A stretch of 62,772 nt of DNA, the filler included. It is 5 parts of 5 records of this genome, joined end to end, with 100 filler letters (N's around TTAATTAATTAA, not from the genome) between each part and the next. Parts side by side here need not be neighbours in the genome. Positions count along the whole stretch, not along the records: positions 1 to 18,474 come from SRR20825010_689; 4 more parts are not named here. The stretch is one strand, 5' to 3'. Below, piece after piece: positions 1 to 7,695 of the stretch. Every line of letters starts with the position of its first letter. Position 1 is the first letter of the stretch. Under the pieces are notes generated by a model. It had not been told where the DNA came from. It was given only the letters and a program-made list of their open reading frames with translations, and searched no databases. The position numbers were made by a program, and so were the translations under genes.

Positions 1-1022
1 TCGATGTTCCAGACGACTTCCGGCTTCAGCTTGTCGCGATGTTCTTCCAGAAGCTTCCGCTTGGTCATGTAGAAGCTCTCCGCACGCAGAGCCTGGAAGA
101 TATCCTGAACGTCATGGAAATCCGGATGCGCCTCCTCGACTTTCACACCGAGGGACTCGAACCGGAGCGCGGCTTCCTCGCAGATTTTCGCGACTTCCGG
201 ATCCACCGGCGTGCAGCCGAGATCCCGCGAGAACGCGACCCGCTTCGGCAGCCGCTGGGCCTTGACCGCGTCGCTGAAGCTCTCCAGCGGGGAGGCCAGC
301 GAGATCGGGTCCCGCGGATGCTCTCCCGACATGGCGTCCAGCATCATGGCGACGTCGGTCACATTCCGCGCCATCGGTCCCGCGACCGGCAGATTTGAAA
401 ACGGCAGGCCGCCCGGTCCGCGGGCAACCCGGCCCGGGCTCGGCCGCATGCCGACGATGGAGCAGAAGCTGGCCGGATTACGCAGCGAACCGCCAGTGTC
501 CGAGCCTTGCGCCAGCCATGCCGTTCCGGACGCCAGTGCGGCGGCGGATCCGCCGGAAGAGCCGGCGACGCTGCGCTCCTGGTTCCACGGATTCAGTGTG
601 GTGCCCAGAACTTCATTGAAGGTGTTACCACCAGCGCCGAATTCCGGCGTGTTCGCTTTCGCGTAAACCACACCGCCATTCTTTTCCAGCGTCTGCACGA
701 CAAGATCGGATTTATCCGGAATATGGTTCGCGAAGATCGGCGAGCCGAACGTCGTGCGCACGCCCTTCACTTCTTCCAGATCCTTGATCGCGACCGGTAT
801 CCCCATCAGCGTGCCGCGCTCTTCCTTCGGCTTCTCCATCAGAGCCTTGGCCGCATCGCGGGCGCGCTCGAAACACAGGGTCGGCAGCGCGTTGATCTTC
901 GGCTCGACCTCGGCAATCCGGGTCTCAAGAGAGTCCAGCAGATCAAGCGGAGAAATCTCGTCCTTTGCCAGCAAATCCCGGATTTCGGTCGCGGTTTTCC
1001 AGATGAGGGTATTGTCTGACAT
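1..1022 (-). CDS. Amidase signature family protein (3' end truncated by window edge; absent from ORF track)
   Basis: Manual minus-strand translation from ATG 1022 (GGAG RBS upstream): MSDNTLIWKTATEIRDLL...GIPVAIKD...AGSSGGSAAALAS...GSDTGGSLRNPASFCSIVGMRPSPGRV, the amidase signature. Confidence 0.92.
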   Translation of the reverse strand, partial: MSDNTLIWKTATEIRDLLAKDEISPLDLLDSLETRIAEVEPKINALPTLCFERARDAAKALMEKPKEERGTLMGIPVAIKDLEEVKGVRTTFGSPIFANHIPDKSDLVVQTLEKNGGVVYAKANTPEFGAGGNTFNEVLGTTLNPWNQERSVAGSSGGSAAALASGTAWLAQGSDTGGSLRNPASFCSIVGMRPSPGRVARGPGGLPFSNLPVAGPMARNVTDVAMMLDAMSGEHPRDPISLASPLESFSDAVKAQRLPKRVAFSRDLGCTPVDPEVAKICEEAALRFESLGVKVEEAHPDFHDVQDIFQALRAESFYMTKRKLLEEHRDKLKPEVVWNI

Positions 1023-1222
1023 GGGGACTCCAGTAGAAAAAGACGCAGGTGAAGCGCGTGGCGGGAGCGACAGAGTACTCCAAACCGGCCCGGCTGCAAT
1101 CCAAAGCCACAGCAGGGTATGTTGCCAATCGGGACAGGCCGGTCTCGTTGACAAGACTGAAGGCCCGTCGCAAGTTCAGCCTCTTCACATCTCCTCGGAC
1201 AAACTCACCGGAGAATATCCCC

Positions 1223-2233
1223 ATGCAGATTTCGCTCGACGCGCTGCAGACCCTGATCGCGACAGCTTTCGAGAACAGCAAGGTTGCTCCGGATACGGCA
1301 CAGATCGTGGCGAAAGCCCTGGTGAGAGCGGAAGCCGACGGCATTTCCTCGCACGGCGTTGCCCGGGTCCCGCCTTATGCCGAGCAGGCGAAATGCGGCA
1401 AGGTCGACGGTTTCGCCAAGCCCTCCGTCAACCGCCCGCGCCCGGGCGTGATCAATGTGGACAGCCATATCGGCTTTGCCTTTCCGGCAATAGAACTTGG
1501 CCTGAAGGACGGCATCGAAGCCGCGAAGGAAAACGGCGTTGTCGCTGTCGGCTTTGCCCATTCCCATCATTTCGGCGTTGCCGGACATCATGTGGAAGAC
1601 GTGGCGGATGCCGGTCTCGTCGCCCTCGCTTTTTCCAACACGCCCGCCGCCATCGCTCCCTGGGGCGGCAAGCGCGCGCTCTATGGCACGAACCCGATCG
1701 CCTTTGCCTGGCCACGTTCCGGCACGGCGCCGATGGTCATCGATCTCTCCGTCTCCACGGTTGCGCGCGGCAAGGTGACCCTCGCGGCGAAAACGGGGCA
1801 GGCCATCCCCGACGACTGGGCGCTTGACGCGGACGGCAATCCGACCACTGACGCACAGGCGGCCCTTTCCGGCACCATGACCCCGCTTGGCGGTACCGGC
1901 GCCGGCGCCAAGGGAGCCGCCCTCGGCCTGATGGTCGAGTTGCTCTGCGGCGCGCTCACGGGGTCCAATTTCGGCTACCAGGGCACATCCTTCTTCGAGC
2001 CGACCGGCGCACCGCCGTCCATCGGCCACATGATGATGCTGTTCGACCCGGCGGCATTCGGCGGCGCGGACAGCTTCGGTCCCCGGGCCGAGGAACTGTT
2101 CGGAGAGATCCTGTCGCAGGACGGCGCCCGGTTGCCCGGCGACCGCCGTCTGAAACTGCGCGAGGCGGCAGCACGCGACGGCGTGGAGATTCCTGACGCG
2201 CTGCTCGACGACATCAAATCCCGCGCTTCCTGA
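1223..2233 (+). CDS. Ldh_2 family oxidoreductase (malate/L-lactate/sulfolactate dehydrogenase, ComC-like)
   Basis: AEADGISSHG, HSHHFG, GTNPIAFA and KGAALGLMVELL motifs. Start placed at ATG 1223 after GGAGA. Confidence 0.88.
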   Translation: MQISLDALQTLIATAFENSKVAPDTAQIVAKALVRAEADGISSHGVARVPPYAEQAKCGKVDGFAKPSVNRPRPGVINVDSHIGFAFPAIELGLKDGIEAAKENGVVAVGFAHSHHFGVAGHHVEDVADAGLVALAFSNTPAAIAPWGGKRALYGTNPIAFAWPRSGTAPMVIDLSVSTVARGKVTLAAKTGQAIPDDWALDADGNPTTDAQAALSGTMTPLGGTGAGAKGAALGLMVELLCGALTGSNFGYQGTSFFEPTGAPPSIGHMMMLFDPAAFGGADSFGPRAEELFGEILSQDGARLPGDRRLKLREAAARDGVEIPDALLDDIKSRAS

Positions 2234-2263
2234 CCCTTCACGCCCGCTTTATAGGAACCGGCC

Positions 2264-2755
2264 ATGACCGACACGATTGCCATTCGCCGCGCCACCCGCG
2301 AAGACGTTCCCCAGATCTACACACTGGTGCGCGGGCTCGCGGATTATGTAAAGGAAGCTCATCTGCTGAAAGGTACCGAGGAGGATTTGCTGAGAGACGG
2401 TTTCGGCGATCAGCCCCGCTTCAAATGTCTGGTCGCCGATGACGGCACCGGCATGCTTCTCGGCACGGTGATTTATTCCGCCAACTACTCGACATGGGTC
2501 GGCCGGTCGACCTGCTACATCGATGATTTCTTCGTCTCCGACAAGGCGCGCGGCAAGGGCCTTGGCCGGCGCCTCATGGCAGCAGTCGCAGCCGAGGCCC
2601 TGGCGGAAGGGCACGGCCGGATATCGCTGACCGTGCTGGACTGGAATCCGGCCCGCGAGGCCTATCACAGTCTCGGCTTCGAGCATGAGGAAAGCTCTCT
2701 GCGCTATACGGTGTCGGGCGAGGCATTAAACAAGCTCGCCGCTTCGGCGGACTGA
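2264..2755 (+). CDS. GNAT family N-acetyltransferase (diamine acetyltransferase-like)
   Basis: YSTWVG...YIDDFFV...RGKGLGRRL acetyl-CoA motif and VLDWN. Confidence 0.88.
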   Translation: MTDTIAIRRATREDVPQIYTLVRGLADYVKEAHLLKGTEEDLLRDGFGDQPRFKCLVADDGTGMLLGTVIYSANYSTWVGRSTCYIDDFFVSDKARGKGLGRRLMAAVAAEALAEGHGRISLTVLDWNPAREAYHSLGFEHEESSLRYTVSGEALNKLAASAD

Positions 2756-2789
2756 TCCCGAGCCTCATGACTTGACAGCTTTGGCCCGT

Positions 2790-2824
2790 TGACGACCAAT
2801 TCACCAGTGACAACCAATTCACAG
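2790..2824. repeat. Imperfect tandem direct repeat (~18-bp period) upstream of mscS
   Basis: tgacgaccaattcaccag followed directly by tgacaaccaattcacag. Confidence 0.7.
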
Positions 2825-2855
2825 TACAGTTTTCGACAAATGGAGGGTTTGCCCC

Positions 2856-3692
2856 ATGAATATCGACGTCGCCGGTGAAGTGAACGTTCTCTGGGAAGAA
2901 ACCCAGGTAATGCTGGCCACCTACGGTTTCGATGTCGTGGGCGCCATCCTGATCCTTCTGTTAGGCTGGATCCTCGCCGGCTGGGCCGGACGCGCCACAC
3001 GCGGTGCCGTGGACAAGATCGCCTGGATGGACGGAACGGTCAAACCGCTGATCGCCTCCGTCGTCCGTTACCTCGTGGTGATCATCACGGTCGTCGCGGT
3101 GTTGAACCGGTTCGGTGTGGAGACCACCAGCATCATCGCCGTTCTCGGCGCCGCCGGCCTCGCCGTCGGCCTTGCCCTGCAAGGCACACTCAGCAATGTC
3201 GCCGCCGGCGTGATGATCCTGTTCCTGCGGCCCTTCAAGGTCGGCGACTATGTGAGCGCGGGCGGCACAGGCGGCACCGTGGCCGAGGTCGGGCTTTTCA
3301 CCACCGAGCTGACCACACCGGACAATGTCTTCATCTCGGTGCCGAACAGCCAGATCATCAACAGCGCCGTCAGCAATTTCTCCCGGCATTCGACCCGGCG
3401 CATCGATATCGTCGTCGGCATTGGCTACAGCAGCAATATCGACACGGCCTTCGGCGCCCTGATGAAACTTGCCGAAGCCGACGAGCGGGTACTTGCCGAC
3501 CCGAAGCCCGAGGCGACCGTGCGCGAGCTGGCCGACAGCTCCGTGAATATCGGACTCCGCTTCTGGGTGAATGCAGGGGATTACTGGCCAACCCTGTTCG
3601 CCTTCAACAAGGCGGTGAAGGAAGCTCTCGACGCCAATGGCATCGAAATTCCGTTCCCGCAGCGCGTGGTCGAAATGCGGAACGCCAAATAG
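2856..3692 (+). CDS. mscS: Small-conductance mechanosensitive channel
   Basis: LGAAGLAVGLALQGTLSNVAAG, RPFKVGD, VPNS, GIEIPFPQR. GGAGG RBS. Confidence 0.93.
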   Translation: MNIDVAGEVNVLWEETQVMLATYGFDVVGAILILLLGWILAGWAGRATRGAVDKIAWMDGTVKPLIASVVRYLVVIITVVAVLNRFGVETTSIIAVLGAAGLAVGLALQGTLSNVAAGVMILFLRPFKVGDYVSAGGTGGTVAEVGLFTTELTTPDNVFISVPNSQIINSAVSNFSRHSTRRIDIVVGIGYSSNIDTAFGALMKLAEADERVLADPKPEATVRELADSSVNIGLRFWVNAGDYWPTLFAFNKAVKEALDANGIEIPFPQRVVEMRNAK

Positions 3693-3839
3693 ACCGGACG
3701 CTATTGTTCCATATGCCGGGCGCGGCGCAAGTCTCCAAAGCGCCGGCCTCTCTTGGGCCGCACGTTAACGGATGCGCGTTTTGAGGCGATTATGCTATTG
3801 TTCGGAAACGGAAACGGTCCCCGGGTAGGCAGGTAACGC

Positions 3840-4226
3840 ATGGCTAAGGACTACGCCCAGACAAAAGCCCTCGAAGCACTCGAGGCGACAGGGAACAATC
3901 GTCGTGAGTCCGCCTTGCTGCTCAGGGTCTGGGCGGAGAGCGACGACAAGCTGAAATCCGCGCTTGTTGCCCCGTTTCTGAACAATCTCTGTGCCCTCGC
4001 CGTGCAAAGGGCCCTGTCCAGTCACACTGGCCGCCGGAAACCCGCGAGCAAACGCGCACGTCCGAAGGACAATGCCGCAACGCTTCTGGACGCGATCAGC
4101 AAGTCTGGCGCCCAGACCATGTCGAGCACCCGCAACTCCGCACCGCCCCCGCAGGCCGGCAGCGCCCGCCATAAGCAGGCGGTGACCCTTCTGGCAGCCG
4201 CCTTCAAGCCCAGCGGCAAATCCTGA
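3840..4226 (+). CDS. Hypothetical protein
   Basis: 128-aa ORF with host-like codon usage filling the intergenic space. No family recognised. Confidence 0.6.
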   Translation: MAKDYAQTKALEALEATGNNRRESALLLRVWAESDDKLKSALVAPFLNNLCALAVQRALSSHTGRRKPASKRARPKDNAATLLDAISKSGAQTMSSTRNSAPPPQAGSARHKQAVTLLAAAFKPSGKS

Positions 4227-4241
4227 AGCTGCAGGCGCTCC

Positions 4242-4889
4242 TTATTTGGGGCGCGCTTCAACCATGTTTTCGTAGAGATTGGCGAGATAGGTCGGGTCCG
4301 CACCGATACTGACCTGCTGGTTCGTCTTGGTGCGAATTTCCGCGGTTTCCGCAACCCCGGCGGAAACCATCTCAGGAGTCGGCTCGTCCGGAACGACAAC
4401 CTGGCCGTTCTTGATCAGCCCGGCCAGCATATCCTGGGAATGCTTGCGGAATCGCTGGAACGAGGAATCCATGCCGCCACTGTCGCGGCGCGCACGCGGA
4501 TTGGAAGCGCGCGACAGGGCCATCGAAAAGATGTCGAGGATCAGGTTCGGATTATAGGTCTCGAGCCAGCCATCGACCATGGCGCCAAAGACGGCTTCGA
4601 CATAGACCCGCGCACCGCGCTGGCCCATCAGGCCGCCGGCAAGAGTCTTGTCGGCCCCGGCGATCATGGCGTCCGTCGGCTCTTTCGGGACGATCGCAAA
4701 GCCTGCCAGCTCAAGAGACTGAACGACGCCTTCGCTGTCTTTCTTGTATTTTTCCCACTCGTTCTCGATCAGGAACGAGCCCAGGATATCGACTTCATCA
4801 TTCTGGACACGGTTCAGGAACCGCGCGAATTCTTTGGCAACATGTTCAACGACGACGAACTGTTGCACCGGCTCCCTGCCGCGCATCAC
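4242..4889 (-). CDS. Hypothetical protein with internal duplication (two VPxEPTxxM modules)
   Basis: Strong AAGGAG RBS before GTG/ATG. IVPKEPTDAMIAG and VVPDEPTPEMVSAG repeats. Confidence 0.8.
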   Translation of the reverse strand: MMRGREPVQQFVVVEHVAKEFARFLNRVQNDEVDILGSFLIENEWEKYKKDSEGVVQSLELAGFAIVPKEPTDAMIAGADKTLAGGLMGQRGARVYVEAVFGAMVDGWLETYNPNLILDIFSMALSRASNPRARRDSGGMDSSFQRFRKHSQDMLAGLIKNGQVVVPDEPTPEMVSAGVAETAEIRTKTNQQVSIGADPTYLANLYENMVEARPK

Positions 4890-5090
4890 TAACTCCTTAA
4901 CAGGACCGGCTCGCTCAACCGGTCAATTACCAGCCCTATATTTAAATAGATCGCAACCGCGTCCAGAAAATCAAAATTATATTCAAATTGCGCCAAACAC
5001 TAGCCGATCCGGGCATCGAAAAACAATGCCGATCATACAAAACAGCCAGATCTGGAAAGCGAACCGGCATGGCGGCCCATGCCGGGCTCG

Positions 5091-5480
5091 CTAACGGGTT
5101 GTGCGGGACAGAAACCGTGGCGGCGACTGCATGTCTCCACCGGCATCCTGTTTTCTTGCCGGACGCGCCGCCGGACGAGCCTGGCGCTGCGGCACATCCA
5201 TATCCCGCCAATCCCGCTCGGTGCCGAACGGCGCGACCCCGCCGAGCTCTTCCCGGATGATCGCATGCGCCAGATGTGCGGCGGCCGAACCGATGTCGCT
5301 GCGCTGCCAGTCCGGCAGGGCATCGAACGCGGCGCGGGCCATGAAACGATCGATCTGCTTGCCCGACGTGTAGGCACGCCGGATTTCCCGGGTAACCTTG
5401 TCGGACGGGCCCAATTTCTCGGAAACCGTATCCGAAAGGATGCCCAATGCTTTGCGGTCCGTTCTGTCGAAGTCGGCCAT
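5091..5480 (-). CDS. Hypothetical protein
   Basis: 129-aa ORF with GGAG RBS, co-oriented with its neighbours. Confidence 0.6.
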   Translation of the reverse strand: MADFDRTDRKALGILSDTVSEKLGPSDKVTREIRRAYTSGKQIDRFMARAAFDALPDWQRSDIGSAAAHLAHAIIREELGGVAPFGTERDWRDMDVPQRQARPAARPARKQDAGGDMQSPPRFLSRTTR

Positions 5481-5561
5481 CGAAGGCTCCAGTCAAATGC
5501 GTGCTGCTAAGATAAGGGCACGGCGTCCTTCTGTCACCGGCTTCTGTTACCGGTTTTACAT

Positions 5562-6053
5562 TCAGCCAAATTTCTTGACCGCCATCCTGAGACCGCTGAG
5601 CACCTGATCTTCCAGAATCCCGCCATTATCCGTAATCCGGTCCGCGATCACGACATACATGGCATCGATATGCAGCTGCAGGATTTCAAACTGGATACGG
5701 CCCAGCGTCTGACGTCCGGTCACGAAATCGTTCAGGGTCGTCGCGATCAGGCTGAGCACCTGATAGCCGATCGTGCCGCCCATGCCCTTGATCTGCAGAC
5801 TCTCCTCGAACACCAGATGCAGCAGATCCGTATCGCTCATCTGGCCATCGACCCGGGCCTGGGTGCTTGCCCGCAATTTGCGCAGACGGGCCGCGAGATC
5901 CACCACGAACCGTTCACGGGACTCGTTGACCACATCCTCAAGACGGCGCAGGAGAGCCGGGTTGAGGCGCAGATCCAGACCGGTCGTGCTGCTGGCGGCA
6001 CGCTGGGTCAAATCCTCCGCCGGAGGCAAAAGCTTCGATTTTGCCGCAGTCAA
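5562..6053 (-). CDS. Hpt-like four-helix protein lacking the phosphoacceptor His
   Basis: ESLQIKGMGGTIGY aligns with the HxxKGxGGxxGY Hpt motif, and LHIDAM is present near the C-terminus. Lies directly downstream of a receiver gene. Confidence 0.72.
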   Translation of the reverse strand: MTAAKSKLLPPAEDLTQRAASSTTGLDLRLNPALLRRLEDVVNESRERFVVDLAARLRKLRASTQARVDGQMSDTDLLHLVFEESLQIKGMGGTIGYQVLSLIATTLNDFVTGRQTLGRIQFEILQLHIDAMYVVIADRITDNGGILEDQVLSGLRMAVKKFG

Positions 6054-6069
6054 TTCGACACCCTAGCCG

Positions 6070-6555
6070 CTACTCCCGCCGATCCTGCCCATCGAATGGC
6101 ACCTGACGTCGACGTCTATCGGGACCAAAATATTCATTAGTGTCTACGAAAGCGCGTGGGCGCGCAACGATACCAACCATGCGCCGGTAAAAACCCTCAA
6201 CGCCATATGGCTTTGCAATAAACTCCGTGACACCCGCGTCACGGGCCTCGAAGACATGCTCCTTGGCGGACATCGCGGACATCACCAGGATCGGCATCTG
6301 CTTGGACGCCTTGGTTTTTCCGTCACGCACCGCACGGATCAGGTCAAGACCACTGCGTGGCGGCAAATGCAGCTCCGTCAGCAGCACATCGACGGAACCG
6401 GAGCCCAGAACCTCCAGCCCCTCGTCGAAATTATGCGCCACGAACACTGTCTTCGCCCCCATTGTCAGCAGCAGGTCACGCGCCAGGTCGGCCGAAAGCG
6501 CATTGCCGTCAACGATCAAAAAATGGACTTTGCTGAAGTCTATTTTCTCCGCCAT
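6070..6555 (-). CDS. CheY-like receiver protein with Arg-rich C-terminal tail (Cle-type c-di-GMP effector)
   Basis: Receiver fold (FLIVD...LLTE...AGVTEFIAKP) plus tail YFGPDRRRRQVPFDGQDRRE. Confidence 0.85.
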   Translation of the reverse strand: MAEKIDFSKVHFLIVDGNALSADLARDLLLTMGAKTVFVAHNFDEGLEVLGSGSVDVLLTELHLPPRSGLDLIRAVRDGKTKASKQMPILVMSAMSAKEHVFEARDAGVTEFIAKPYGVEGFYRRMVGIVARPRAFVDTNEYFGPDRRRRQVPFDGQDRRE

Positions 6556-6923
6556 GGACGGATACGCCCTCCCCCGAAAATCTGTCTATACCGCAAAATC
6601 AAGGTGATCGCGCGGCCGGACTATAAAAATGTCCATGCTGGTCCGTAAAATTTCTACGCACGATCCGTACCAAATCCAGTGCCGGCGGCTCTTTCCCGGC
6701 CACCGGCACGGTTCCGCATGTCTTGAAAGCAGGATCGGGACAGGGACCGGCAAATGCCGCGCGCCACCGCAACACGGGAAAATTCGCGCATTCAGTGTGG
6801 CACGCACACGCGTTTGTGACCGCCATCCAGCCGCCGGTCCGGCTTCCATTAGGTTCAATTTCGAACAAGACCGATCCGCGTGCCGGACTTGCCGGACGCA
6901 ACAAGTCCGCTAGGGTCACTGAC

Positions 6924-7610
6924 ATGGCAGACCAACAGCACATCCCCCTTACGCGCGACACAATCCGCTCAGGCCATATCCGTGACCTGATCCGGCAGCA
7001 CGCGACGACCTACAAAGTCCTGTCCGACGAAGAGCTCGACGCCTCCCTTGCGTCGATGTTCCCAAGCGGCGCACCGGAGACCGATGTCTGGTTGTTCGGA
7101 TACGGCTCGCTGATCTGGAACCCGTCCATTCATTTCGCGGAACAATGCTGTGCCACCGCCCATGGATATCACCGGCGGTTCTGCCTGCAGACACATCTCG
7201 GCCGGGGGTCGCCCGAGGTGCCGGGATTGACGCTGGCTCTGGATCGTGGCGGCTGCTGCCGTGGCGTCGCCTTCCGTATCCCGAAGGAAACCGCGGCAGA
7301 GGAACTCAGTATAGTCTGGCGCCGCGAAATGGTGAGCGACGCCTATATCCCGCGCTGGCTCTCCATGACCGGGCCGGATGGCCCCTTCAAGGCGCTCGGC
7401 TTCGTGATGAACAGGAAGCATGTGCGCTATGTCGGCCAACTCACGGAAGAAGAGATGGCCCGGACCATCGAGCGGGCCAGCGGCTTTCTTGGCCCCTGCT
7501 CGGACTATCTTTTCAATACGGTCGAGCATCTCAATGAGTTGGGGATGCCGGATCAGGGTCTGACCCGCCTGCGCGACCGGGTTGTCGAGATTCGCGCAAG
7601 CGGAGACTAG
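6924..7610 (+). CDS. chaC: Glutathione-specific gamma-glutamylcyclotransferase (ChaC family)
   Basis: VWLFGYGSLIWNP, RGSPEVPGLTLALDRGG, WRREM. Start placed at ATG 6924. Confidence 0.88.
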   Translation: MADQQHIPLTRDTIRSGHIRDLIRQHATTYKVLSDEELDASLASMFPSGAPETDVWLFGYGSLIWNPSIHFAEQCCATAHGYHRRFCLQTHLGRGSPEVPGLTLALDRGGCCRGVAFRIPKETAAEELSIVWRREMVSDAYIPRWLSMTGPDGPFKALGFVMNRKHVRYVGQLTEEEMARTIERASGFLGPCSDYLFNTVEHLNELGMPDQGLTRLRDRVVEIRASGD

Positions 7611-7695
7611 CCGGAATAATCCTTGCGGGATTAAGGTCTTCACCTGTCACGGCCCGGCGGAAAATCCGCAGGGCCGGTTTCGGAGGAATGCGACC

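Noticed and set aside
6700..6815. GGCAC sigma-54-like motifs between the receiver gene and chaC
   Set aside because: GG-GC spacing is 9 nt rather than the required 10.
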